A stretch of 64,000 bases of DNA from Candidatus Omnitrophota bacterium (lineage in GTDB: Bacteria; Omnitrophota; Gorgyraeia; Gygaellales; Profunditerraquicolaceae), in NCBI GenBank assembly GCA_042570405.1, contig JBHPGR010000002.1, forward strand, positions 5,992 through 69,991, written 5' to 3'. The position numbers and the translations under genes are program-made. Positions 1 through 9,665 of the stretch are shown in pieces (within the stretch, counting starts at the first letter, position 1; each line of letters begins with the position of its first letter). A model generated the notes under the pieces. That model searched no databases, was not told the DNA's origin, and saw only the letters and a program-made list of their open reading frames with translations.

Positions 1-1
1 A

Positions 2-1048
2 GAGTCATTCGCCGAAGGCCTGGATATTCAGGACGGGAATGCCGCTTTTCGGGTAAACTTTGCCACCGTAGATAGCGATGGTAAGAAGATAAAGGACCGC
101 AGGGTTGGCAGGAATTTATCTACCGAGGAAGCAAACGGCCTAGCACAAGAGATAAATTCCAAGGTCACGTTATCAAGTGCGACATTTGAGTTTAAGAGTA
201 CTATCGGCCACCGGGGGATCCTGGTGATCAGGGGGATGCGCTCAAAATTATCCGGATGGATCACCAACACTGATCCTGCCTACGACCGCGAGGGTGTCTT
301 TGGAGTTGCCAAGGAGAAGTTTGAAATGCAAGTGATGCAGTCTGAGCCAATGCCGGGTTATGAGGAATCGACCGAGGCAAAGGAGGCGGCAAAGCTGTTA
401 AATGAATTTACTCAAGAATCGCATAAAGTCCTCGATGCCTCAGCCATAAATAAGAAGCGCGTATCTGAAGGCAAGCTTCCCGGCAACCTGATTCTCTCTC
501 GCGATGCCGGAGACCATCTGCCGGATTTCCCAAAGATCGGCGAAGCGCACGGCTTGAAGTTCGGTTCTTTCGTTGAGATGCCGGTTGAAAAGGGGATCGC
601 GCTCTTGACGGGAATCGACGTGATCTCGGTGCCAAAGGCAACCGGCCACTATGACGTGGATTATCCGGTGTGGGCAAAGGTGGCGATTGAATCTCTGGCA
701 AAATATGACGGCATCTATATCCACATCAAGGGGCCGGATGAGCCGGCGCATGACGGAGATTTTCAGAAGAAGAAGGAGATCATCGAAGCAATAGATAAAT
801 TTTTCTTTGCCCAGCTCCTGCCAAAGCTGGATACGGCAAATACTATCATTGCAGTAACCGCTGACCACTCCACTGTCTGCGCGATCAAGGCGCACTCGGC
901 TGATCCGGTACCACTATTAGTCCGCGGCGGGGGAATCCTGCCGGATGGCTCGATGAGTTTTTCCGAGAAGGCTGCGAAGCTCGGCTCGATCGGAGAGCTC
1001 CTTGGCAAAGATATCATGCCCCTCCTGGTCAAGTACGCGAAAGAATAA
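2..1048 (+). CDS. apgM: 2,3-bisphosphoglycerate-independent phosphoglycerate mutase, archaeal ApgM type (5' end cut by window edge)
   Basis: The frame of the listed ORF (224..1048) stays open back to nt 2 when translated by hand. The C-terminal VTADHSTVCAIKAHSADPVPLLV matches the metalloenzyme-superfamily ApgM pattern. Confidence 0.8.
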   Translation, partial: ESFAEGLDIQDGNAAFRVNFATVDSDGKKIKDRRVGRNLSTEEANGLAQEINSKVTLSSATFEFKSTIGHRGILVIRGMRSKLSGWITNTDPAYDREGVFGVAKEKFEMQVMQSEPMPGYEESTEAKEAAKLLNEFTQESHKVLDASAINKKRVSEGKLPGNLILSRDAGDHLPDFPKIGEAHGLKFGSFVEMPVEKGIALLTGIDVISVPKATGHYDVDYPVWAKVAIESLAKYDGIYIHIKGPDEPAHDGDFQKKKEIIEAIDKFFFAQLLPKLDTANTIIAVTADHSTVCAIKAHSADPVPLLVRGGGILPDGSMSFSEKAAKLGSIGELLGKDIMPLLVKYAKE

Positions 1049-1054
1049 TATAAT

Positions 1055-1177
1055 AAATTCTAAATCCTAAGCACTAAATACTAAACAAATCCTAAGCACT
1101 AAATACTAAATTTGGGATTTGGAATTTGGGATTTAGAATTTGTTTAGGATTTCGGATTTAGAATTTAGGATTTAAAA
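1055..1177. repeat. AT-rich imperfect palindromic intergenic element, copy A
   Basis: The left arm holds two tandem copies of AAATCCTAAGCACTAAATACTAAA. The right arm is built from the complementary TTTAGGATTT/TTTGGGATTT units. It shares TAGAATTTGTTTAGGATTT (1134-1152) with copies B and C and fills the whole apgM-mnmG spacer. Confidence 0.7.
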
Positions 1178-1179
1178 TC

Positions 1180-3045
1180 ATGTCTGATTACGAAGTCATA
1201 ATTATTGGAGCAGGGCACGCAGGTATCGAGGCCGCGCTTGCGGCCTCCCGTATGGGCGCAAGGACTCTCTTTTTGACCATGAAGAAGGAAAGAGTAGGCT
1301 GGATGAGTTGTAATCCGGCGATCGGCGGAATAGGTAAGGGGCAGCTGGTAAAGGAGATCGATGCCTTAGGGGGCGAGATGGCCCGCGCTGCTGATGCCTG
1401 TGGAATACAGTTCCGAATTCTCAATGCCTCTAAGGGAGCGGCAGTGCAGTCATCCCGGGCTCAAGAAGACCGCAGGCTTTATCAGAAAAGAATGCAGAGC
1501 ACGGTAGAAAAACAAAGGAATCTTACGCTCAGGGAAGCCGAAGTAACAGGAATAACCGTCAAGGATGGCCGCATCGCAGGTATTACCACCCTGAAGGGAA
1601 GTTTTAGCGCAAAGTGTGTTGTGATCTGTAGCGGTACATTTTTAAACGGAGTGATATATATAGGTAAAGAAAAATATCAGGCAGGCAGAAGGAATGAGCC
1701 GGCAAGTATCAGGCTATCTGCGAGCCTTAAAAAAGCAGGTCTTGAGCTTTCGCGCCTTAAGACCTGCACTCCCTGCCGCCTTGACGCTAAGACGATCGAT
1801 TTCTCCGTGATGAAGGAACAACCCGGCGATAAAAAGATCCAGCCTTTCTCATTTTCGAATAAGAAGGTGCCGCTGCGCCAAGTATCATGTTATCTTACTT
1901 ATACGAATCTTCGTACGCACAAAGTGATCAAAGATTCCCTGAAAGATAAAGAGCTTTTGCAGATTATCAGCACCGGTGTAAATCCGCGCTACTGCCCTTC
2001 AATTGAGGAAAAGGTTAGGCGTTTTCCCGATAAAGAACGCCACCAGCTCTTTATTGAGCCGGAGGGGCTGGATATCAATGAATATTATGCTAACGGGCTG
2101 TTTACGTTCTTACCAGTCAAGGTACAGGAGAGGATCTTAGCGACTATCCCCGGTCTTGAGAGAGCAAAGATGACTAAGCCCGGTTACGGTATTGAATACG
2201 ATTTTGTTCTGCCTACACAGCTCTTTCTTACGCTGGAGGCAAAGTGCGTTAAGAATTTATTCCTCGCCGGCCAGATCAACGGCACGACCGGCTATGAAGA
2301 GGCAGCTGCGCAGGGGTTGATCGCCGGGATCAATGCCGCTTTGAGGGTTAAGGGAAGAGAGCTGTTGGTGTTAGACCGCAGCTCTAGCTATATAGGTGTT
2401 CTGATCGATGACCTGGTGACCAAGGGGACAGAGGAGCCTTACCGGATGTTCACCTCGCGCGTAGAGTACCGGTTGATCCTGCGCGAGGATAACGCTGACC
2501 TGCGCCTTAACGGGATCGGCCGCAAGATTGGATTGGTTTCTGAGGCGGTTTATCGAAAGACAGAGATGAAGAAGGAAGCGATCCAACGCGGATTCCAATT
2601 TCTGAGGGAAACCAGGCTCAAGCCTACTTCCCGGATTAATCAGGGGTTAAGAGATCTGCAGAGCGCGCCCCTAAAAAAACCGACCACATTAGAGGCGCTG
2701 CTGAAGAGGCCGCAGCTGGATATAAGAGCGATAAAAGGCCTGGATCATCTGAAGATCAATATACCGGAAATTGCTTTGCGTCAGGTGGAAATTGAGGTAA
2801 AATATGCTGGGTTTATCCGCAGGCAGCGTAAGGAGGTAGAGCGCTTTAAGCACTTGGAGAAGATCAGGCTGCCGCAGGATCTGGATTATAATATCAGCGG
2901 GCTTTCTTCCGAGATCAGGGAGAAATTAAAGAAATTTAGGCCGGTTAACTTAGGGCAGGCATCCCGGATATCCGGAGTTACTCCGGCGGCGGTTTCACTT
3001 TTAATGGTCTATTTAAAAAAGGTCAAGGGAGAGAAGGATGGGTAA
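1180..3045 (+). CDS. mnmG: tRNA uridine 5-carboxymethylaminomethyl modification enzyme MnmG (GidA)
   Basis: 621 aa. It has the N-terminal FAD fold [20 protein letters not shown] and the GidA-family pattern [23 protein letters not shown] along its full length. Confidence 0.95.
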   Translation: MSDYEVIIIGAGHAGIEAALAASRMGARTLFLTMKKERVGWMSCNPAIGGIGKGQLVKEIDALGGEMARAADACGIQFRILNASKGAAVQSSRAQEDRRLYQKRMQSTVEKQRNLTLREAEVTGITVKDGRIAGITTLKGSFSAKCVVICSGTFLNGVIYIGKEKYQAGRRNEPASIRLSASLKKAGLELSRLKTCTPCRLDAKTIDFSVMKEQPGDKKIQPFSFSNKKVPLRQVSCYLTYTNLRTHKVIKDSLKDKELLQIISTGVNPRYCPSIEEKVRRFPDKERHQLFIEPEGLDINEYYANGLFTFLPVKVQERILATIPGLERAKMTKPGYGIEYDFVLPTQLFLTLEAKCVKNLFLAGQINGTTGYEEAAAQGLIAGINAALRVKGRELLVLDRSSSYIGVLIDDLVTKGTEEPYRMFTSRVEYRLILREDNADLRLNGIGRKIGLVSEAVYRKTEMKKEAIQRGFQFLRETRLKPTSRINQGLRDLQSAPLKKPTTLEALLKRPQLDIRAIKGLDHLKINIPEIALRQVEIEVKYAGFIRRQRKEVERFKHLEKIRLPQDLDYNISGLSSEIREKLKKFRPVNLGQASRISGVTPAAVSLLMVYLKKVKGEKDG

Positions 3046-4657
3046 AGAAATAATCTTCGGTATCATCGGAGGCCTGGGGCTGTTTATTTACGGCTTAAAG
3101 CAGATGAGCGACGGCCTGCATAAGGCAAGCGGCGAGAGGATGCGCCGCATCCTGCACGGGCTTACCGGAGGCCGTTTAAAGGGAGTGTTGGTCGGCACGG
3201 GTATCACCAGCGTAATCCAGTCTTCATCGGCGACAACCGTGATGGTGGTAGGGTTTGTCAACGCCGGACTGATGACCCTGGTGCAGGCATTAGGGGTGAT
3301 ATTGGGTGCCCACATCGGTACCACGATCACCGCCCAGTTGATCGCCTTTAAGCTTACGGATTACGCCCTGCCGATCATCGGCGTGGGGATGCTTTTGATG
3401 CTTATCGGTAGGAGAAAGACCCACAAATACGTCGGTGAATTCCTGCTCGGGTTTGGTATTTTGTTTCTCGGCTTAAGTATCCTGACTACGGTAGTCAAGC
3501 CTTTAGGTCAGTATCCACTCTTTACCGAGATTATGGTCTCTTTTAGCAGGAATCCGCTTTTGGGCGTACTTGCCGCAGCACTCGTTACCGCGGTAGTCCA
3601 GAGCAGCTCTGTGACCACCGGTATGGTGATAAGTCTTGCTATGGCAAATCTAATCGACCTGGGAGCTGCGATACCATTGATCTTTGGTTGTAATATCGGT
3701 ACCTGCGTTACAGCATTGATCGCTTCCATCGGGGTAAGTATCAACGCAAAGAGAGCAGCCTTTGCCCATATTATAATGCGGGTCATCGCGGTAGCTGTAT
3801 TTTTACCGTTTTTGTCTCCGTTTATCAGGCTGGTCAGTTCCACATCTGCCGAGCTACCGCGGCAGATCGCAAACGCCCATACCTTATTTAACGTGATCGC
3901 AACTCTGCTCTTTCTGCCCTTTGTGCGGGTATTCGCCGGATGGCTTACCAGGGTGATCAAAGGGGAAGAGGAGGAGGAGGTCGAGTATCTGCCGAAATAC
4001 CTGGAACCGCACCTATTGAATACTCCGCCTATAGCTATAGAGGCGGCGATCAAGGAGATCATCAGGGCCCTGGAATTGACCCGGAAGATGGTCAGCCTGG
4101 CAATGGAGAGCTTCTTTAAAAATGACCCAAGGGCTTTAGAAGGAGTAACCCGCAGGGAAGAGGCGGTGGATTCATTGAGAGAGGCGATCACCAAGTACCT
4201 GGTCGAGATCATGCAGAGGGAGTTAAGCGCCGATGAATCAAGGAAGATCCCCCCACTATTACATGCGATCAATGATGTGGAGAGGATCGGCGACCACGCC
4301 GAGAATTTAAGGGACCTGGCAGAGCAGAAGATCGAGAACCGCATGCCTTTTTCAAAGGAAGCCGCATCAGAGCTGGAGAAGATGTACGAGGATGTGATCA
4401 AGATGGCTAATTATTCTATCAGCGCGCTGGGGATCAATATCCAGGATGCAAAACTCGTCCTTGAGCAGGAGGCAGTGATCAACGATCTCAGAAACAGTTT
4501 AAAGGATAGCCACACCCGGCGCCTTGAGAAGGGGGATTGTAATGTCCTTTCCGGGGTAGTCTTTCTGGATATAATCAGCAACTTGGAGAAGATCGGCGAC
4601 CACCTCACCAACGTAGCCCAGGCAGTAATCGAGGGCCTGCAGTGGAACGGTAAGTAA
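3038..4657 (+). CDS. Na+/phosphate cotransporter family protein with C-terminal PhoU-like repeats
   Basis: 539 aa. It has a polytopic N-terminal half with duplicated QSSSATT/QSSSVTT Na/Pi-cotransporter motifs. The C-terminal half has two PhoU-like ERIGDHAEN / EKIGDHLTN repeats. Confidence 0.9.
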   Translation: MGKEIIFGIIGGLGLFIYGLKQMSDGLHKASGERMRRILHGLTGGRLKGVLVGTGITSVIQSSSATTVMVVGFVNAGLMTLVQALGVILGAHIGTTITAQLIAFKLTDYALPIIGVGMLLMLIGRRKTHKYVGEFLLGFGILFLGLSILTTVVKPLGQYPLFTEIMVSFSRNPLLGVLAAALVTAVVQSSSVTTGMVISLAMANLIDLGAAIPLIFGCNIGTCVTALIASIGVSINAKRAAFAHIIMRVIAVAVFLPFLSPFIRLVSSTSAELPRQIANAHTLFNVIATLLFLPFVRVFAGWLTRVIKGEEEEEVEYLPKYLEPHLLNTPPIAIEAAIKEIIRALELTRKMVSLAMESFFKNDPRALEGVTRREEAVDSLREAITKYLVEIMQRELSADESRKIPPLLHAINDVERIGDHAENLRDLAEQKIENRMPFSKEAASELEKMYEDVIKMANYSISALGINIQDAKLVLEQEAVINDLRNSLKDSHTRRLEKGDCNVLSGVVFLDIISNLEKIGDHLTNVAQAVIEGLQWNGK

Positions 4658-4673
4658 AGCCCCCAACATCCCC

Positions 4674-4702
4674 TTGACCCCCAATTACTTAGGTGCTATA
4701 AT
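4674..4702 (+). promoter_or_regulatory. sigma70-like promoter candidate for nadE
   Basis: TTGACC (4674-4679), a 17-nt spacer, then TATAAT (4697-4702), located 45 nt upstream of the nadE ATG. Confidence 0.45.
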
Positions 4703-4747
4703 TTTCTATCTATATTCCAGCTCGATATAAACGGCAATGAATTGGCT

Positions 4748-5464
4748 ATGAAGAGAAGAATAGTCTCCTGGATCAGAAAACAGGTTAAGCAGGCCGGGGC
4801 AAAAGGTATAGTCCTGGGTCTTTCCGGAGGAATAGATTCTTCTGTGGTCGCCTGCCTTTGTAAGGAAGCGGTAGGCAGAAATAGGGTTTTAGGCCTTTTT
4901 CTGCCCTGCTATAGCAAGAAGCAGGACCTTGATGATGCAAAGATTATCGCCAAAAAACTTGGTATAAAGACACGGATGGTCGATTTATGTAAGATGTATG
5001 ATAGGCTCATAAAGACACTTCCCAGGGGCAGTAAATTAGCCAAGGCAAACCTGAAACCCCGACTGAGGATGATTACTTTATATTATTTGGCCAATACATT
5101 AAATTATATCGTTTGCGGTACGGGTAATAAGTCAGAGTTAATGGTGGGCTATTTTACTAAGCATGGAGATGGAGCAACCGATATCCTGCCAATCGGCGGG
5201 TTATTAAAGAAGGACGTGCGGAGACTCGCCAGGCAATTGAAGATCCCGGAGTGGATAATCACTAAAGCCCCTTCAGCAGGTCTTTGGCTCGGCCAGACCG
5301 ATGAAGGGGAGATGGGGATTAGTTACCCTGAGCTGGATGATATATTATCAAGGATGCAGAGAAAAAGAAAACAGTTTGCATCGGCAAAGAAGGTGAATAA
5401 AGTCAAAGGGATGATCAGGCGCTCTGAGCATAAGCGCCAGGGGCCGCCTATTTGCAATATATAG
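4748..5464 (+). CDS. nadE: NH3-dependent NAD+ synthetase
   Basis: It has the PP-loop motif LGLSGGIDSSVV and the small (~240 aa) NadE architecture. The first ATG is at 4748; the ORF track begins at a TTG at 4742. Confidence 0.9.
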   Translation: MKRRIVSWIRKQVKQAGAKGIVLGLSGGIDSSVVACLCKEAVGRNRVLGLFLPCYSKKQDLDDAKIIAKKLGIKTRMVDLCKMYDRLIKTLPRGSKLAKANLKPRLRMITLYYLANTLNYIVCGTGNKSELMVGYFTKHGDGATDILPIGGLLKKDVRRLARQLKIPEWIITKAPSAGLWLGQTDEGEMGISYPELDDILSRMQRKRKQFASAKKVNKVKGMIRRSEHKRQGPPICNI

Positions 5465-5475
5465 TGGAGACTAAG

Positions 5476-5642
5476 TTAAATCCTAAATTCGAAATCCTAA
5501 TGGTTCGACTCCGCTCACCATTAGTACTGAGCGAAGCCGAAGTACTAAATTCTAAACAAATCCCAAATTCTAAATCCCAAACTTTAGAATTTAGAGCTTA
5601 GAATTTGTTTAGGATTTAGATATTAGGATTTAGAATTTAAAT
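5476..5642. repeat. AT-rich imperfect palindromic intergenic element, copy B (with a GC-rich insert)
   Basis: It shares an identical 37-mer, CTAAATTCTAAACAAATCCCAAATTCTAAATCCCAAA (5545-5581), with copy C (8688-8724). It also shares an identical 24-mer, GCTTAGAATTTGTTTAGGATTTAG (5596-5619), with copy C (8743-8766). Confidence 0.7.
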
Positions 5643-5669
5643 TATATTAAAACAGGGGAGGGCAAAAAG

Positions 5670-6155
5670 ATGGATGAAATACTGGAGATCTTAACAAAAG
5701 ACGCGCGTACGACTGCTGAAGAGATCGCGAAAATGCTTAAGAAGAAGACCCAGACGATAAAAGAGGCGATCAAGAAGTTCGAGAAGTCTGGTGTGATCTT
5801 AAAGTATAAGGCGGTGATCAATAAGGAGATCCTCAAAGATACAAAGAAAGATGTCCGCGCCCTGATCGAAGTAAATATCACTCCGCAAAAGGACCTCGGA
5901 TTCGATAAGATCGCAGAGCGCATCTATTCGTTCCCCGAGGTGGTAAGCTGTTACCTGCTTTCAGGGACGTATGACCTGCTTCTGATCGTCGAAGGAAAAG
6001 ACCTGCATACGGTCTCAAGCTTTGTTGCAGAGAAACTGGCTCCATTAGAGAATGTCAGGAGGACCACCACGCACTTTCTGCTGAAGAAATACAAAGAGGA
6101 CGGGGTGATCTTAAAACACAGGGATGAGAATAAGAGGATAGCGATTAGTTATTAG
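5670..6155 (+). CDS. Lrp/AsnC family transcriptional regulator
   Basis: 161 aa. It has an N-terminal HTH (ILEILTKDARTTAEEIAKML) and a C-terminal AsnC-type ligand-binding domain (VSCYLLSGTYDLLLIV). Confidence 0.85.
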   Translation: MDEILEILTKDARTTAEEIAKMLKKKTQTIKEAIKKFEKSGVILKYKAVINKEILKDTKKDVRALIEVNITPQKDLGFDKIAERIYSFPEVVSCYLLSGTYDLLLIVEGKDLHTVSSFVAEKLAPLENVRRTTTHFLLKKYKEDGVILKHRDENKRIAISY

Positions 6156-6171
6156 CGAGTAGTTTATTGTT

Positions 6172-7323
6172 ATGAAAGAGTACATATCAGGAAAAGTCGG
6201 CCAGATGCAGCCTTCGGGGATCAGGAAGTTTTTTGACCTGGTGCTCGGAATGGAGGATGTGATCTCTTTGGGCGTCGGAGAGCCGGATTTTGTCACCCCC
6301 TGGCAGATCCGGGAGGAGGGGATCTATTCCTTAGAGCAGGGGTTTACCTCCTATACTTCGAATAAGGGGCTGTATAAACTACGCCTTTCTATCAGCCGTT
6401 ACCTGAAGAATAAGTTTGATCTCGAGTACTGCCCTGACGAGGAGATCCTGATCACCGTTGGGGTGAGCGAGGGGATGGATCTGGTCTTGCGTTCGGTGAT
6501 CGATCCCGAAGATAAGATCCTGATCCCTACGCCCGGTTACGTCTCATACGGTCCGCTCACAGAGCTTGCAGGAGGCATTCCCGTCTATATCGATACAAAA
6601 AATGATGATTTTAAATTAACGCCTAAGAACCTAGAGAAGCATATTGATAATAAGACTAAGGCGATCATTTTTAATTACCCGGTGAATCCCACCGGGACAT
6701 CTTACACAAAGAAGGAGCTGGAAGCGCTTAAAAAGGTCTTAGTAAGCAATAAGGTACTTTGTATTTCCGATGAGATCTACGGTGACCTGACCTTTGATTT
6801 TGCGCATACGCCATTTGCAACACTTGCAGGAGCAAAGCCGAACACTCTTTATCTTGACGGATTCTCAAAGTCATACGCAATGACCGGATGGCGCGTGGGT
6901 TTTGCCTGCGGGCCTAAGGAGATCATCGCGGCGATGACCAAGATCCATCAGTACAGCATCATGTGCGTTCCGATAACCTCCCAGATGGCTGCCTGCGAGG
7001 CTCTGCACTCCGGCCGCAGGTCAGTCGAAGAGATGAAGCGTGAATATAAGCGGCGCCGGGAGTTTGTGGTTGATAAGCTGAATGATCTGGAGCTTAGCAG
7101 TAGAAAGCCGGAAGGGACGTTTTATGTCTTTCCATCAATTAAAAATACCGGCATGAATGATCTTGACTTTGCGCAAAAGTTGCTCAAGGAGCAGAAAATC
7201 GCGGTTGTGCCGGGAAGCGCATTTGGAAGCGGGCTTGAAGACCATATCCGTATATCCTATGCCTCAAGCCTGAGTAATCTTAAGGAGGCATTGGCAAGGA
7301 TAGGGAAATTTCTAAAGAGATAA
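6172..7323 (+). CDS. class I/II PLP-dependent aminotransferase (aspartate-aminotransferase-like)
   Basis: 383 aa. It has the PLP-lysine motif FSKSYAMTGWRVGF and the NYPVNPTG motif. The substrate cannot be assigned from sequence. Confidence 0.85.
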   Translation: MKEYISGKVGQMQPSGIRKFFDLVLGMEDVISLGVGEPDFVTPWQIREEGIYSLEQGFTSYTSNKGLYKLRLSISRYLKNKFDLEYCPDEEILITVGVSEGMDLVLRSVIDPEDKILIPTPGYVSYGPLTELAGGIPVYIDTKNDDFKLTPKNLEKHIDNKTKAIIFNYPVNPTGTSYTKKELEALKKVLVSNKVLCISDEIYGDLTFDFAHTPFATLAGAKPNTLYLDGFSKSYAMTGWRVGFACGPKEIIAAMTKIHQYSIMCVPITSQMAACEALHSGRRSVEEMKREYKRRREFVVDKLNDLELSSRKPEGTFYVFPSIKNTGMNDLDFAQKLLKEQKIAVVPGSAFGSGLEDHIRISYASSLSNLKEALARIGKFLKR

Positions 7324-7333
7324 AGGAGCGAGC

Positions 7334-8665
7334 ATGAAGAAGCCGAAAACAAAACAGGATGTGATCAGGTTAGCTAAAAAGGAGAAGGTCCGGTACATCA
7401 GGCTTTGGTTTACCGATGTCCTGGGGTTCCTTAAAGGTTTTACTATAACTATCGATGAGCTGGAGCGCGCGCTCTCTGATGGGATGGGTTTTGACGGCTC
7501 CTCGATCGAAGGCTTTGCGCGGATCGAGGAATCGGATATGACCGCAATGCCGGACCCGACAACTTTTGCGATCCTGCCCTGGGAGTCAAAGGATAAGAAG
7601 GTGGCGCGGATGCTCTGCGATATCTATACGCCTAAGGGAAAGCCATTTGAGATCGACCCGCGTTATGTTTTAAAAAAGAACTTGGCCCGGGCGAAAAATA
7701 AAGGCTTTACCTTTTATGTCGGGCCGGAGCTGGAATATTTTTATTTCAATAATCCCAAGAACACGATCATCCTGGATAAGGGCGGGTATTTTGACTTGAC
7801 TCCGCTGGATCTGGCCCAGAACGTCAGGAATGAAACGGTCAGTGCCCTGGAGGGCTTAGGGATCGTCGTCGAATACAGCCATCATGAAGTCGCCTCCAGC
7901 CAGCATGAGATCGACCTGCGTTACGGCGAAGCCCTGGCGATGGCCGATAATGTGATGACCTACAGGCTGGCGGTAAAGGAGATCGCTTTATCCAAGGGGC
8001 TGCATGCGACCTTTATGCCGAAACCTATATACGGGATAAACGGTTCGGGGATGCACACGCACATGTCATTATTTAAGGGCGCAAAAAACGCTTTTTACGA
8101 TCCTAAAGACAAATATTTCCTTTCAAAAGTGGCTAAGCATTTCATTGCCGGTATCATAAGGCATGCCGCTGAGTTGACAGCGGTGACTAACCAGTGGGTG
8201 AATTCTTATAAGAGGCTGGTCCCCGGATACGAGGCGCCGGTCTATATCTCCTGGGCGCGGATGAACCGTTCGGCCCTGGTGCGCGTTCCAATGACAAAGA
8301 CCGGCAGACAGAAGGCGACCCGCATCGAGTACCGCGCGCCTGACCCTGCCTGCAACCCGTATCTGGCATTTTCAGTATTACTTGCCGCAGGCCTTGAGGG
8401 GATCGAGAAGAAGTATCCTCTGCCTAAGCCGGCAAATGACAATATCTACAAGATGTCAGCTAAAGAGCGGGAGCGCGCAGGGATAAGATCTTTGCCGGAG
8501 GACCTTTTGGAGGCGATTAAGCTTACCGAGAAGTCAAGCCTGGTAAGGAAGGCCCTGGGCGATGAGCTTTTTGACTACTTTATCCGCAATAAGAAGATGG
8601 AGTGGGATGAGTACAAGGCCCAGGTCACCAAGTACGAAATAGACAAATATTTACCGATTCTTTAG
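7334..8665 (+). CDS. glnA: glutamine synthetase type I (443-aa form), copy 1
   Basis: It has GS motifs FDGSSIEGF, GPELEYF, HHEVA..QHEIDLRY, NGSGMHTHMS and NSYKRLVPGYEAP. Confidence 0.93.
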   Translation: MKKPKTKQDVIRLAKKEKVRYIRLWFTDVLGFLKGFTITIDELERALSDGMGFDGSSIEGFARIEESDMTAMPDPTTFAILPWESKDKKVARMLCDIYTPKGKPFEIDPRYVLKKNLARAKNKGFTFYVGPELEYFYFNNPKNTIILDKGGYFDLTPLDLAQNVRNETVSALEGLGIVVEYSHHEVASSQHEIDLRYGEALAMADNVMTYRLAVKEIALSKGLHATFMPKPIYGINGSGMHTHMSLFKGAKNAFYDPKDKYFLSKVAKHFIAGIIRHAAELTAVTNQWVNSYKRLVPGYEAPVYISWARMNRSALVRVPMTKTGRQKATRIEYRAPDPACNPYLAFSVLLAAGLEGIEKKYPLPKPANDNIYKMSAKERERAGIRSLPEDLLEAIKLTEKSSLVRKALGDELFDYFIRNKKMEWDEYKAQVTKYEIDKYLPIL

Positions 8666-8667
8666 AC

Positions 8668-8788
8668 CAAATACTAAATACTAAATTCTAAATTCTAAAC
8701 AAATCCCAAATTCTAAATCCCAAATAATGTTTAGGATTTAGTGCTTAGAATTTGTTTAGGATTTAGTGCTTAGGATTTCGAATTTAAA
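8668..8788. repeat. AT-rich imperfect palindromic intergenic element, copy C
   Basis: The left arm (about 8670-8725) and right arm (about 8730-8785) pair imperfectly, roughly 3 of 4 positions by hand alignment, around a TAATG loop. It shares the 37-mer and 24-mer with copy B. Confidence 0.7.
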
Positions 8789-8793
8789 ATATT

Positions 8794-9522
8794 ATGTCCA
8801 GGCCCAGCAAGCAAAATCATTACAAAATCTACCTGAAGCAGATCGAGGCGATCTCTAAGATCGCAGACCTGATCTCATCGGGAATGTACCTCGAGGAGCT
8901 CCTGCGTTTGGTGGTGCAGGTGACTGCCGAGCTTATGAATTCCAAGATCTCCTCGCTGATGCTGCTTGACTCTGACGGTAAGGAGCTTGTAGTCAGGGCC
9001 ACGCAGTCGATCTCTGAGGAATACAATAAGAAACCCAACATATTATTAGGCGAAGGTATTGCCGGAAGGGTCGCAAGCGGGAAGAAACCGATCTGTGTGA
9101 TGGATATCCGGGAGGATGAACGTTACTTGAATTGTGATATCGCCAAGAAAGAAGGACTTTGTTCTCTGGCCAGCGTTCCTTTGGCTGTGAGGGGGAGGAT
9201 TATCGGCGTGCTTAACTGTTATACATCGCGCAGGCATAAGTTCAGCAAACCGGAATTAGATGTTTTGACTGCCCTTGCTAATCAGGCGGCAGTAGCGATT
9301 GAGAATGCGGAATTAGACATTAGGGCGCGCAGCGCCGAAGAAGCATTGACCACGCGCAAGCTTATAGAGCGGGCAAAGGAGATACTTGCGCAGGAGGCAA
9401 ATATCCTGCCTGCCCAGGCATACAGGCTGATCCAGAAGCAGAGCATGGATACCCGTAAGTCCATGCGCGAAGTTGCAGAAGCTATAATCCTGGCTAAAGA
9501 TATAAAAGGGAAAAGAGCATAA
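8794..9522 (+). CDS. GAF sensor domain + ANTAR RNA-binding antiterminator domain protein
   Basis: The GAF core reads LLGEGIAGRVASGKKP...SLASVPLAVRGRIIGVLNCY. The C-terminal ANTAR signature reads LTTRKLIERAKEILAQ...AQAYRLIQKQSMDTRKSMREVAEAI. Confidence 0.85.
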   Translation: MSRPSKQNHYKIYLKQIEAISKIADLISSGMYLEELLRLVVQVTAELMNSKISSLMLLDSDGKELVVRATQSISEEYNKKPNILLGEGIAGRVASGKKPICVMDIREDERYLNCDIAKKEGLCSLASVPLAVRGRIIGVLNCYTSRRHKFSKPELDVLTALANQAAVAIENAELDIRARSAEEALTTRKLIERAKEILAQEANILPAQAYRLIQKQSMDTRKSMREVAEAIILAKDIKGKRA

Positions 9523-9528
9523 TAGGGC

Positions 9529-9556
9529 TTGACAAATCCGCAAAATATTTTATATT
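9529..9556 (+). promoter_or_regulatory. sigma70-like promoter candidate for the nfnAB-gdhA leader
   Basis: TTGACA (9529-9534), a 16-nt spacer, then TATATT (9551-9556). Confidence 0.5.
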
Positions 9557-9619
9557 GTTTATACAGCGGATCAGGTGATTTTACTGCGTTAAAACCGGTT
9601 GAAGGTTGAGAGGATTTTA

Positions 9620-9665
9620 GGACAAAGGCGTCCACCAAGATAGAGCAGGGAGGGCGTCTTTTTTA
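9620..9665 (+). promoter_or_regulatory. leader attenuator: mini-hairpin GGAC-AAAGGC-GTCC overlapping an intrinsic terminator
   Basis: The mini-hairpin spans 9620-9633. The terminator arms AAAGGCGTCC (9624-9633) and GGGCGTCTTT (9652-9661) pair over 10 bp including 2 G-U, followed by a T-run to 9664. The two folds are mutually exclusive. Confidence 0.5.

Noticed and set aside
1063-1110. A tandem repeat (AAATCCTAAGCACTAAATACTAAA x2) as a possible mini-CRISPR array.
   Set aside because: There are only two abutting copies with no spacers and no cas genes. The repeats are part of the left arm of the palindromic element.
3508-4401. A 297-aa ORF on the minus strand inside the Na/Pi cotransporter gene. 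Similar long antisense ORFs lie at 55669-56649, 19789-20439, 14168-14680, 18497-19051 and 57268-57932.
   Set aside because: All lie fully antisense to genes with strong family motifs. Their products are low-complexity or Ser/Pro/Arg-rich with no recognisable domains. They are typical shadow ORFs.
5498-5523. A possible tRNA 3'-half or att-site remnant (GGTTCGACTCC...CACCA) inside repeat copy B.
   Set aside because: The T-stem pairs only partly. No 7-nt acceptor strand followed by a discriminator and CCA can be drawn. No 5' half is present. It is kept only as a curiosity within the finding at 5498-5545.
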